NCBI RefSeq assembly: GCF_033153115.1
Contig: NW_026889807.1
Coordinates: 6,696,001-6,760,000 of the forward strand
Source: Saccostrea echinata
Taxonomy: Eukaryota
Length of the DNA: 64,000 nt
Direction of reading: 5' to 3'
The notes beneath the pieces are model-generated. The model was given only the letters and a program-made list of their open reading frames with translations. It was not told the origin of the DNA and made no database searches. Position 1 is the stretch's first letter. The number at the start of each line of letters is the position of its first letter. A program made the position numbers and the translations under genes. This document shows positions 50,110-63,058 of the stretch, piece by piece.

Positions 50110-51085
50110 CTAGGCGGTCAGGGTTGGAGCTCCTTGCTCTTGTTGTGCTACTCTTGCGTAACTCTGAGTCACTTGGGCGGATTCAGGAGGTGCGATGTAT
50201 TTAACTCCATTTATGAAGAGAGTGTCTCGAACTAGCTTTACACGTTTGTGGTCGAGTTTTGCTTGGCGCACGACTGGATACAGTTTTTTTCTCCTATTCT
50301 CGATCTCTTGGGGAAATTGTTCGTTCACCTACACATTCGTTCCATGTAATCTTCTGGCTGCGTTTTGACGGATGTACTCCCTATCCTTATAGTAGGTAAA
50401 TTTGGCTACTATATTTCTAGGCCACTCGCTGAATTCATTTGCTCTGCCCATTCTGTGCACTCGCTCGAAAGGAATGTCATAATCAAGCCTGAATCTCCGA
50501 CGCATTAGGTTCTGAATCACAGCCTCTGTATCCTCATCCTGGTCCTCTGGGATCCCTGAGAATACCAAGTTATCCCGCATTGATCTGGCTTTGAGATCCG
50601 TCACAGATTCTTCTAGTCTTTCCTTGGCTTCTTTTAACGCTTGGACATCTGATGTCAATTTTTCTTCTAATGTTTTCTGAGTAACTGTATACTCGTCCAG
50701 GTTTTTCTTGACATAATCAACGGTCTTTTTATTTTTGTCTGCTGTTTCTTTCACCGAGTCAAACACATTACCTAATGCGCTCACATTAGTTTCAAGCTGT
50801 CCAAAATCATTTCTAATCTTTTTCACATCAGTGTCAAACTTTGAAGAGGATGATTTAAGTTCACTTATTGATGTCTGTATAGTCTCTAATGAGGTCATTC
50901 TTTTTTCAATTTTACACAATCGTGTCTCAAACCTTTCATTTTTTTACTTCAATATTCGATAGTTTTGAATCCATCTGAGTAACTAATGTATGAATGGTTG
51001 ACAGTGAGATTTCGCCCTCATTAGATTGCCCAAAAAGTACAGTACGGCTCTGTGCCAGGATCTCTGAAGTTTCAGTCGCAGACAT
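50110..51085 (-). pseudogene. LINE ORF1 (coiled coil + RRM-like), disrupted
   Basis: MSATETSEIL.., coiled coil, ARSMRDNLVFSGIPE, RVHRMG..PRNIVAKF, NEQFP; frameshift near 50945 and stop at 50329. Confidence 0.8.
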
Positions 51086-53420
51086 TGCAAATAATGAGTA
51101 TAATACTGTAGTCCAATACTCTAATGTAATATTAAAAGAGTAATAAGATGTCGACGCAGAATAAATCAGCAGTTCATAACTATTGTCATTAAGAAACGTG
51201 AGTTGTTCTCATGGGTTCTTACACTCGTTCTACGGGAAAACACCACATAATCATCAAAATCACCATTTCGGAGCATTAAAATACAATGCAATACAATGAC
51301 ATCTTATATCATTCTTTACGATCTATTGCAATTAAACTATACAAATCGGTTTCATCAGAATAAAGTAAACATGTAATGAGCTTTTTTTTTTTTGTTTGTC
51401 ATAATGGGGCCTCCATACCCGTAACCATGCAGGTAAAAATCATCTTCTTCTGTAAATCGACAAACCTATTTCAACATGGGTTGAAATTTATTACAAGCAC
51501 TAATTTGTGCACATGTGTGAGAGAGATTAAGAGTAAGGCTTTGTTCAATACTACCGCAATCACTGGTTGCTATGTTAAAAATGTAACTTCCGCTTTAAAA
51601 AGTGTGTTCGCATTATTAAACGCATCGGCAGAAAATTAAATAAAATTCATAACATGTAAGGATGCCAATTATTGTCCATTTTTATTCCCATCATAACTTG
51701 CGCTTTAAACAGCAAGTATGTTATTTGATGAAATCGAGGACAGCTAAGGCTGAAAATATAGCGGAATCTCACTATAATAGTGATATACCACAATTATAGC
51801 GGAATTTACGCTTCCCCCCAACCTGTAAACATGCTTCGAGCATTGAAAATTAATGTTCAGCTACACAGTGGGTGTTGCATGTAACATCCAACTTATGTAT
51901 TTTTATTTTAGCACGTGCTTGTTTATGATCATTTCAATCACAATACAATGGAGGAAAGGGGGGGGGGATACGGCAACTACTGTTCTTATGTCGATTGCAC
52001 GACGATTCATAAGTCAAACTCTCAAAATATTTGTTTCCACTAGATAGTGTTAAATATGTTTATTGAAGTTTTCCTTTTACGGACTGTAAAATACTTGCAT
52101 TCAGCGTATACACAGACAGGTTTTGTTCTCTAGCTAGAAAAAATGTGCCTTACTTTATATATTTGTAAATAGTGACCCCGCGAGATTCACATTCAAAATA
52201 TACGAAGAACAAGTGTAAGGATAAAGCATGTATCTCAATTACCCAACAAATTTAGTGTCGATGACTGATATTATCCTTTTTTGATCAGCATTTGTAATAC
52301 GTCCCCTTGGTACTGCAAATTACCTGCGCACATGCAAACTTAAAAGTTTTTGGCTAGCAAATTTACGGTTACTTTCTTATTGAATACTATTAGTTTTACA
52401 CTTACTCAGTTTGGATGACTTTTATATTGCATTATCTTTATTTATACATTTAAATACATTATTTTTGCATCGTATTTAGTTTGTTCTACAACATTTACAA
52501 ACCATAAACATTACAAGTAGATGTAATCATATGAGAATTCAAATTAATAATTATCTTGGTTCATGCGAGGTATATACCTACTTTCTATTACTGTATAAGC
52601 AGAATTTTTACCTAGTGTTCAATTTTAGCATTATTGGCGAGAGTATTGAGATCGCTAAAATTGCATATTGCTAACAATTCATTGAACACTGGGGAGGAAA
52701 GGCTATTTCGCAAGATACGGGTATTGTAAAATCGCTTGAGAACTTCTCACTAAAATTATAAACCGATTATTACGGCTAAATCACTAAATTTGCCTCTTGC
52801 CTTTTACATAGTTCGTATGGGCTTTAAAGAATAAAACTCTGAAGGTTCTTATTTTGTTGTCTAACGTGTACATAAATGTACAAAAAGTGACAGTAACTTA
52901 GATCTTAAAATACCAAGACTCTAGAGAGCCTTACAGTTATTTCTAAAATATAATAAATACCTAGCTTTTCTAAATTACCTTACTGGATCTCTCCGGTAAG
53001 CTCGGAAAACAACCTCGGATATTTCTTACGAGCTTGCCAGAAAGGCCTGCAATTGCTACAAAACAGTACCACACTGGAATATTTTTGTGCTCATTGTTTC
53101 TACTGATCTCTTATTTTCACTCGAAATTATGCTTAAAGCACAGTTAAATGTGAAGCTCACTCCAGATTCATCATTCTGAATTCGCACGCATCCACAACAC
53201 TACACCCACTGCACCACTGTGCCTTCCTAATTCATCGATTTAACGAATCAAACTAATAGTTCAGATATATATCTACTTCAGTGTCTTATGACTTTTACTA
53301 AAGCTCTATGTCGTCTAACTCTTTAAAAGATTAGCGTATAAGAATTTTTCTTTCCTTTTTTTTATCTTTCAGTGCAACGTTTTTATCTCCTTACTTAAGA
53401 AAAGTCGGACAAATAATACC

Positions 53421-53500
53421 ATAAAACGTAAATTAAAGTAAGGATGGTTCTGTATCGGAAGTCAATGTACAGTATGTAAACTGACTGCAAAATAATTAAA
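53421..53500 (+). promoter_or_regulatory. Conserved proximal promoter of copy 3 (CGGAAGT 53456-53462)
   Basis: Homologous to 30-110 and 5800-5880. Confidence 0.6.
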
Positions 53501-53542
53501 CTTCCCTGAAAACTTTCACTGAACAACATTTGAAAACTAAGA

Positions 53543-56500
53543 ATGGGCATGTTGAAGATAATGTTGTTTGTTCTAGTTTTTGGTTTCATTATCGGTAAGT
53601 ATAGATAATTAGGTAAGTTGATAAATATGTTAATAAAAAAGGAATCCTCTGTCTAAGGATTTTTTTTTTCATTAATCTCTTCAAGAAGAAATTTTATATG
53701 CGCGTACATTAAATTCGGTCAAAACTTAGCAACGTAGGAATATTATAATGATGTAACAAGGTTGAATGCATAAATAGGTGTACATGCAAATTAATTAATT
53801 AAATTATCTGCATAAAACGGAATGTGCTTCAATTTCCCATTCAAATTACGATTTTTATGTTTTTATAAAAAGTCCTCCATTAGAATCATGCATTAAAATG
53901 AAAGATCTATTATTTCATCTTCATTACTGAAATACAGATTTTATTTTTATGCTTATAGATGTATATATATATATACATGTATGGTGGCATATTTATTACA
54001 TGTACTTATAAGAAATGAAGAGAATTACATGTCACAGGTGGTCATTTGAGGTCGATGCTTTGGAAAAAGCAAGGAGAAAAGTTATTATATTAAGAAATCA
54101 GCGCGTAAATAAAATATATGAAAGAGAGAGGCAAACGCAGATGGAAAATTTTTTTAAAGATTCACAAACAACCAAATGAATCTCATACCCACACGTATGT
54201 GGGTTGAAATGTATATCATGCAGGACATAGACATTTACATTGTGACACATTGTCTTATAAAACAATTGGTCTCCCTTTTTTTACAATAAGTCAATATATT
54301 GTATGGATGTCGACCAAAATGAAATGCAATCTTAACAATGGACAGGAAGAAAAATCAAAGACAGTTGTATTAGAAAAATAGTAAAGCTATTCTAATTTAA
54401 ACGTATTTACGTAATTTAAAAATGCAGAGGTATTTCATTTGTGGTTACAAAGCAAAATTCGAAATGACAATTCAATTCAATGCATTGAAGAAATTAAATT
54501 ATAATATAAGTTGTACGACAGTCGGGTTTTTATCCTGCAGGGATTGGGTTTCCTCCAGCTGGAGTATAATTAACAGACTGTTTCAGTCGTACATGTACAG
54601 GATAAGCCGGCCGGTATATGTGTCGGTCAAATGAAACGTTTAAACATTGGGAAGGGAACTTCTTGTTTATCCCAGTGATAAGCAACTTCCTGCTTTTAAA
54701 GTAATCATGACATAAAAATCACAGGCACTTGTTTCGTGTACAGGGCACCCCTACTTATTCTTACCACAAGCTACCTAACTCAATTTCACCCCCCCCCCCT
54801 CCACTTTAAACTCGTATTTTATTAATTTATCAATCATTAACCTACTTTAAAAAGACATCAAGGCTTCGAAATACTTTTTTTTTCAAATGAATCGTTCCTG
54901 AGGTCCTTCGTCGAACCACTCATTTATTCCATGCATTTTAAGACATCAACTTCCGGTTAGGGTTAAAATGTACGAAAAAAACAGAGACTTCAGAATGAAA
55001 TTTAAAGCTCCAAAGTCTCTTGTTTTACCCAACATTATAAGCCAATATATCCCGTGTAAAATCTTAAAATGGATATGATTCCTGGCCTTATGAGCTGAGA
55101 GACACAATGATAATAATTTCTGGAAGATACTAGTATAAAAAAGGACCACACAACCACACTCCGACCGCAGTCGAACTCACATGTCTTCAAACGCTAACAT
55201 TGGTCATCAAACTGTAGTACATATACACTATAATCAATATTTCTAAGTCCCCAGGCAAGTCTTTGCTTAACAGTGTTTTTATATTAAATTATTTTGACAA
55301 AATAAATTAATAAGTCTGTAGGATAAAAGGTAACAAAAAAATTTTTTTCGCTCAAGCAAATTTATCACAAAATGCAGAAACATTTAGGAACTCTAGAATT
55401 TAAAATTCACAGCATTCAATGCTGCATTTATCCACCATTCAAACGAATTAATAGCCATTCTCTGTAAGCATTTAAACTCTTATATAGGGAGTGTGGCACG
55501 CTAGGTCTTAGATTTTTATGAAACTTGGCACACATTCCTATATTGATGCATGAAACTAAAATTCATAATAAAATGGTTGCTATGGTCAATGGTTACCATG
55601 GCAACCAACATACATTTTTCATGGCCTAAAAAATGCTAAATTTTGATGAAAAATGACCATTTTTGACAAATTAAAAGTCTTTAATACAACAAGATATTTA
55701 CATGATTTCATCTTTTTGCCAAAATACATCATTTTTATAGTTCTTTAGATAATTTTTAGTATTTGAGTAACTTTACATAATAGAAAAAATATCGCCCGTT
55801 TTTAGGTAGGATTTTTCTGGGGAAAAATTGTAGATTTTAGGCTCTTTTGAAAAGCCTGGTATAAAATTTTGCGGACATTTGGGAAAAAATAAATACATTG
55901 GTTTGAAAGTCCATATATAGTTCTAATATAAACTGCAAAGAAACACTTGGTATTCATATTTTGTTTTCATGTTACCATGGTTACAAACTTATGCTTTTTT
56001 AAAGAATTCCAGACAAGGGCAATAGGTATCTACAATCAGTTTCCATATAAATACCTGAGTATTTTAAAATGGATTAAAACCAAATTTAGTTATGTGGTAC
56101 ACAATAGCAAAAACAAAAAGAAAAATCAATTTTCATGACCAAAGGTCAAGGTCAAAATGGCTCGATTTAGATGGAAATTTAAGGAAACTAAGCACATTTT
56201 TTTTCTGTGTCCTAACTAATACTTTTGTTTTAAACAGCATGAATAAACAAAATTACAGTTCTGGGGACAATAACTACATGTTGCATCACATGAATTGGTA
56301 AATAAGGACAGAAGGTCAAAGTTCAAGGTCACAATGGTATATAAAAATTGCCTTTTTGTCCCCCGCTTTCACTGAAAGTGGGGGATATTGATTTGGGTCT
56401 GTCTGACCGTCCATCCGTCCGTCAGCCTGTCTTTCTGTAACACTCTCGTTTCGGCCCGATGTCTCAAGAAGCCTTTGAGCCTTTGCAATGAAATTTTGCA

Positions 56501-59500
56501 TAAAAAATCCCTGTGGCCTAGGAAAGACTCCCATTGATTTTAAGGCCAAAGGTCAAGGTCATGAATTCATAAATTCTGTTTAAACACTTTATTTCTGTGG
56601 GATATCTCTAGAAGCATTCGAGCTTTTGCATTGAAATTTTAAAGCACAACTCCCTATGAACTAAAAAAAAGACCCATATTGATTTCGAGGTCAAAAGGTC
56701 AAAGGCCAATGTCAAAAATTTATAATTTCTGTTTGTGTGTAAAACTTTCATTTCTGAACGATATCTCAAGAAGCTTTTAAGCTTTTGCAATGAAATTTTA
56801 TAACGTAACTCCCTATGGTCCCGCCCACTCCTCTTAAAGTGTCCAGTCCCCCCACCCCCACCAACCCTCTAGATCCGTACTCGCTCTTCTTTTTTTCTTA
56901 AGCAGGGGACACAGATTCTCTAAATTAGCTTGTTAGTACAGCATTTATACTTGGATATTGTGAAAGCGTATCCTGTTTTATACACAATTTATTTTACTGA
57001 AACTGGTAAATAAATTACATTCTCACCTTTAGCTTAATGCATAATGTGAAAATGCCATGAGAATGTTTTTTAAGGTCATTTATTAATGAAAATGTAGCCA
57101 AGTCAAAATATTGAAAGCCTATACACTTACCATATTAAGTGACTTGTATGTAGAGAATTGTGCTACATGCATGTAAAAACACTCTTTTGTTGTTTTTTTT
57201 AGACTAAGTCCTTGTTCTAAAATGTACATTTTTGACCCTATTCAACAGCCCGCACTTTTCCAGTGACAGTCAAATTAATTGTTTTCCTGTGACTTTTTTC
57301 AGAGAAGTTGACAGAAAAAGCCTAAAACCATTTTACTTTGCAATATTATTCTTAAAAACTTGAAAATTTAGAGACATTGATGATAAATATTTCAACCCAA
57401 ATATGCATGGGCTTACACATAATAGATCTGCTATTTCCCAAAATTTAATCAATAATAATCTGTTGTAAAAATCTGCTGGACCTGTTCGGATAATCTGTTT
57501 TTGTGCTTTCTTGAATTTATGTCGGTTGCTAAATTTGAGTTGGTTGGTAAGCTTGATGGAATTGTATACCTTATGGTGTGTAATGTAAACATATTTTCTA
57601 AAGTTTACTCCTTGAAAATGTTGAAAATAAATAATCTGTCCCTGCCTTCTTCCTACAGTTTTCATTTTTTTTTTGGTATATATTAAAGGAAGTGATTCTT
57701 CATAAACGATTAACCCCACCCCGCCCCCATTCCCAAGGTATAGATTTATTTTTTGTTTAATTTTATGACTTTTTTTCTTTTGATAGAAAAGGGGGGGGTT
57801 GTCAGAAATTTATTTAAGTTTTCAATGTTGATAGAATACAGCTAGACAGATTTAATATTAATTTTACTGCTACAAGGTTCAGTCTAAATGTACCTTAGTC
57901 TAGAGAAATGATAAACCGTTAACTTTAAATATGATTCAGACAATTTGTATTTCTATGCAACCCCCCCCCCCCAAAAAAAAAAAAAAAAATTGAAAGTATA
58001 ATTTTGACTGGTCGACAGGAATCAAACAAATCATTTTTATCATTGGCCTTAACAATATTTTGATTCTTTTTTTTTATTGGGTAAAGACCTTTCCCTTAAA
58101 GAAAATTCTTGCTTCAACAACATTATCAATTTCTTTGTAAATGTTTTCAAAGTCATTGAATAAAAAAATCAAAATCTGAAATATACACACATAACTTTTC
58201 TCTCTTTTTTGTGATACAGATAAAGGCAAACAGTAGGAGGAATTAAAAAGATTGAGTTTTCTGTTACATCCCTCACTAAAAACTGTTTTTAGGTGCGGCA
58301 TTTTTTTTCTACATGTATAGCCTTTAAATAGAGATAAAATATACTTTTTCGTTCTTTAATTTTAGGATGGGGGTGTAAAGAGCGTTTTTTTTTTAATTCC
58401 CTAGTCAGATTATTTATTTCATGGTAGTGAAGGACTGATTATTTATTTCCAAGATGATCCAGGACAGATTACTAATATTCTGTTTCACCTTAAAAAAAGT
58501 CTGAATAGCCAAAAAAAAAAAAGGAATACGCCCAAACTCTATTTCGTGGGAAGGGGGGGGGGGGGTCAGGCATTTGTTTTGGTAATATTTTTTCAACCCA
58601 TAGTATAATAATAATACTTATTATACTATGGGTTACTATGGGTTAAAAAAAATTACACGTATTACCGAAACAAGTGCCTGTGGGTGGTGGTTGGGGTTGT
58701 AGCACTTATCAATTTATTTTATTTTCAACATTTTCGAGAACAGATTATTAGTTTCAAAAATCTGTCACCCCCCCCCCCCCCATCCCCAAAATCAAATGGT
58801 CCTCCCTTTAATGACAGGCATAAACTTACATCACATCATTCAATATAAACTTGATATACTTGTACTTTGTTGTTGCCAAGCCAATTTTTTTTATCCAAAT
58901 ATCAACCTCCAGTTTTGTACGAACATGTAAATGTAGCTTGACTTTAATTATTTAGGTAAAATCAAAAGCCTTCTTCTCTCACATTATAATTCAGTTTTGT
59001 TTTGTTTTTTTTTTTTTTCACATTCGTTTTAAAAAGAAACACTGGCTTTCCAGGCTGTTATTCATAGTAATATATGATGGACACTCTGACTGAGACACTG
59101 TACTTCTTCTTACAACCAATTCAATATAATTCTGATATCTTAAGTTTTTTGAAACTCCTAAGACCTTGAGGCATAGGCTTCAATATCATGAATGTGTACA
59201 GAGCTGATTTCTTGTACCATGTGGCCTTGTACATTTCGCCATTGTTAATGTCTATTACTCTTTTGCATCCAGGAAATAAACAAAGAGATTAAAATTTGTA
59301 TGCACATTAAATAAACAGAAAAAAACACTTGATTTTACTTGAAATCTAGGATGTATGTTGACAGTGTAAACAACTTCCAGTCAGTTTTGTCCAAAGATTT
59401 TTTTTTTATCTCTCACACTAAAGAGCTCAGCATTATCAAAGGGAGATAATTCAATTTTTAAATGAATGTCTGCTATTTTAATCATAGATTTCTCATATTT

Positions 59501-62500
59501 ATAGACTGAATACCAACAATGTTTTTAAATGCCTTTTAAAATCAGATGTCATACTTTTTATTTCTGTGAGTAACATGAATTGAAGTAGCCGCATTTCATT
59601 GAATAACATTCCCAAAATTGCATTTTTTCAGAAAAAATCAACTTTAGACACCGTTTCCATGGTAACTACTCAACATTCATATGATCTAACAATATTTTTT
59701 GGAGTAGTTTATGAGGTGGTAAATTCTAGCCAAATTTGAAAAAAATCTGTGACTATGCGTGCCGCAAAAGTTTAAGTGGTTACAGAGAATGGCTATTAAC
59801 AGCAAGGCATCTGCTCCTCAAAAAGTTCACACAATTAAAGAAAAAATCTTTATTGAAGATTACTCCGTGTGTTGACTAGGTCTCCCTCTAGTTCCGCTAG
59901 ATTCTGTGGCTGGAAAAGTTGTTTCATTCACCTGTCTATTTTATCTCATACATGCTCTCTAGGGTTGAGGTTTGGATGACAAAGGGGCAAACCGAAATTT
60001 TCTGTGCCTTGCGACAATATTAAGCCTAAAGTACATAACTTCTCCTTGCATACGTTCCACACGCCCCCAGTTTGTTCCGTACAGTTTTTGGTCATTGAAG
60101 AAACAGACTTCCATGAATTTTCAAAGAGTGCCGTGTAGTTGCACTTGAGTTAGGTTCCTTCCACAAAAGTAATTCTTATGAAGTAGTCCTGTTGAAGAAG
60201 TGTCGTTACACTACGTCTTGGCCATGGACGAATTTCTACACTTCCGGTTCAAGTGAATTTCTGGATAAGCCCTAGGATGCTTTTGTAGTCTCTGTGAAAA
60301 TTCTAGCGACTTCTTATAATTGTAAGGAATACAAGTAAGCTATGTTTGATCTTTCGGACGATATTTCTAAATGTTGTAAACAAAATAAACACATATAGTG
60401 AAAGAAAACGAACCTCTGGTGAACTACACCCAGCTTGGACCATGTCAGCTTTTCTTGCACGTTCTTGTGTGGACATGCACCAAATTTTATTCAATCTTTT
60501 TATGTTTTTCGTAAACAACGAAAGATAATGAACACATGGAAGCAAAGAATTTTGAAAAATGGAACTCGCACGTCATGCTTTTCAACAAAAACGGTCACGA
60601 TAGAGTAACAAGAAGTCTGTGAGCGAATGCTCACTAGTAATACCCCCGCTCTGATGTGAATATACACTCTTACATCGACGTCGAAATCATACAAAAATGA
60701 ATTCCACCATTTGGCATGCCTAAACAAAGACTGTGCTAAGATTTCAAACATCTGCTCTGAGCAGTTGCTCAGAGCAGAAATTTGGTACGGACAGACAAAA
60801 GGATAAACAGGAAGTTGACATCGGATTCGAACAAAAATGAATCCCACCATATGGCAGGCCTACACAAAGATTGTGCTAAAGATTTTAAGCACTTGCGCTG
60901 AGTAGTTACTGCGAAAACTGTACGGAAATTTGTTGCAGACAGACGCGCAGATAAACAGGAAGTTGACATCGGATTCGAACAAAAATGATTCCCATTATAT
61001 AGCAAGCCTAAACAAAGATTGTGCTAAAATTTCAAGCATCTGCGCTAAGTAGTTTCTGAGAAAACTGTGAGGAAAATTTGTTACGGACAGACGCACAGAT
61101 AAACAGGAAGTTGATTTGGGTTCGAACAAAAATAGATCCCACCATATGGCAGACCTAAACAAAGATTGTGGTAAAATTTCAAGCATCTGCGCTAAGTAGT
61201 TGCTATGGATAAACAGGAAGTTGACATCGGATTCAAACAAAAATGAATCCCACCATATGACATGCCTAAACAAAGACTGAGCTAAAATTTCATCATCTGC
61301 GCTAAGTATTTGCTGAGAAAACTGTGACTAAAATTTGTTACGAACAGACGTACGGATAACAGGAAGTTGACATCGAATTCGAACAAAAATGAATCCCACC
61401 ATATGGTATGCCTAATGTGTGCTAAAATTTCAATCATTTGTGATGAGTAGTTGCTGAGAAAACTGCGACGAAAATTTGTTACGGACAGACACACAAAGAT
61501 AAAACAGTATAACCCCCTCTCCTTCGGAGCGGGGGTATAATTACATTCGATTACAATTTTTTTGCCCTGACAGGTAAGCATTTTAAATTGCAGTCAAAAT
61601 TTAAAGCTACTTAAAAATTGACGTAAGGGTTTTTAAATTTTTTAAATAAGAAAAATGGGGACTTAGAATTTTTGACAAGTATATTATAATACTTATATAT
61701 TTCACCCGTTAAAAAATTATAAAAATTATTTTAGAAAATGATACAAGTACATTGATTTCAATTTTACAATGGATCATCAGCTCTCGATGAAATTCAAAAA
61801 AGGGATAATATAAAATTCAGAGGTTTGTATTGCTTCGAATACTAGCCTTGAAGTTCCCAAGAACTTGAACTCCACTTAAAGCTTGGAAGTAATTAAAGCA
61901 TGCAAATAATTATGTAATATTCGGTTTCCTTTCTTCAGCACTGAGCTCGGCTGAGGCTTGCTATAGTGACAGTGAATGTCCTTCAAACTATAAATGCTGT
62001 ACCGGAACTACATGGTGTTGTCAGTATGGGTACATCTGTACTGGAACGTCTACATGTCTCAGTGTTGGGTAAGGACAAGTCTGAATTTATGGAAACTAAG
62101 TTTTACATACATACATACATGTACAGATGTATATAGTGTTATCATGTTGTAAATTTTGAATTTACTAGGGGGAGATAAATGCAAAATTTACAACATGTTG
62201 TAAATTTTGCATTTACCTCCCCCTAGTAAATTCAAAATTTACAACATGATAGTGTAATGAATGTATTCCATCACAATTAAAAGAAAAAACTTTTGGGCGG
62301 TTTGCTTAGATGGGGGCTAAAATGTGTGTACACGCTTGCTAGGAGAATTTTAAAACATTGGGCAACCCAAATGATTTACTTTGAGTATCAAATTTTCTTA
62401 GAGACTGACGTTAAAACCACTAGACCACACAACTCATGACATTGTTTCTGTTATGATCTTTGATTAACTGGACTTCAAAGACTTCTCGGAAAGATAAATG

Positions 62501-63058
62501 TTGTGTCATAAAAGTTAAAGTGTATTTTTTAAGGTATAATACTCCTTGCTCCATGTTTTGTTAACTGAAAAAGGTATACATACAGTGTATTTTTTACGCT
62601 TATACTTTAGGATAAAAAGTGGATGGAAGACATGCTTATATAGGAAGCAATGTGTTGTAGTATGAAGACATTATATCTTTTTGCCCTCTATTGTGTGTTC
62701 ATGCTATTTCATAGACAAATAATTTGTGACAGCAACTAGCAAATTGTGGAGATTTTGCATAAAATATACTTTAATGTTAACTGAAATATGAAAGAAAATT
62801 TTGTCACGATTAAGATTTAATTTTTCAATTTCTTATTTAACAGACAACGTTAACAGACAACTCTTGGCATATTCGCCATCTTCATTGAATTTTGTTATTT
62901 TATACAAATACGCAGAGAAAAAGATTTCAAATTTGTAAAACGGATATTGATAAAACTGTCCTTTTTATTTTTATTTTGTAACAGTGTGATCGTCGGTCCA
63001 GTTATTGTGATTGTGGTGGCCATTATCGCATGTATCGCCGCCGCCATCTTTTGTTTAA
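53543..63058 (+). CDS. Cys-rich membrane-protein paralogue copy 3 (last exon unresolved)
   Basis: Exons 53543-53594, 61939-62068 and 62985-63058 (GT-AG, phases 1/2/1): MGMLKIMLFVLVFGFIIALSSAEACYSDSECPSNYKCCTGTTWCCQYGYICTGTSTCLSVGVIVGPVIVIVVAIIACIAAAIFCL... Confidence 0.8.
55452..59795. mobile_element. Academ-like non-autonomous DNA transposon in intron 1 of copy 3
   Basis: TAGCCATTCTCTGTAA / TTACAGAGAATGGCTA termini, TTAA on both sides, subterminal CCATGG(C/T)AAC motifs; HINE-like repeat nested at ~56351-56820. Confidence 0.75.
59840..60480 (-). mobile_element. Tc1-type transposase relic
   Basis: Minus-strand MSTQERARKADMVQAGCS, KFT*TGSVEIRP..QQDYFIR and PNLNPREHV*D (cf. SPDLNPIEHLWD); internally deleted. 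Confidence 0.7.
60608..61541 (-). mobile_element. HINE/Helentron-type element with ~148-bp tandem repeats
   Basis: Subterminal IR ATACCCCCGCTC / GAGCGGGGGTAT; unit ACAGGAAGTTGACATCGGATTCGAACAAAAATGAATCCCACCAT at ~60805, 60953, 61101, 61211 and 61357. Confidence 0.8.
62140..62251. repeat. 112-bp loopless palindrome with GTGT flanks (probable MITE)
   Basis: TATCATGTTGTAAATTTTGAATTTACTAGGGGG.. is mirrored around ACAACATGTTGT with one mismatch; GTGT at 62136-62139 and 62252-62255. Confidence 0.85.

Larger units (their letters stand above)
46259..51294 (-). mobile_element. Full-length decayed non-LTR retrotransposon (RTE-X-like)
   Basis: 15-bp TSD AATGACATCTTATAT (46244-46258, 51295-51309); 3' AATAAA plus (ATGAAAA)n-type tail; two ORFs. 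Confidence 0.88.
44133..51825. mobile_element. Long-TIR (~440 bp) non-autonomous DNA transposon with 5-bp TSD, carrying a nested LINE
   Basis: CAGGTTGGGGGAAACGTAAATTCCGCTATAAT.. (44133-~44575) is inverted at ~51395-51825; TAAAC on both flanks. Confidence 0.88.

Noticed and set aside
60500-61581. Repetitive ORFs with WWDSFLFE motifs
   Set aside because: Translations of the 148-bp tandem repeat inside a HINE element.
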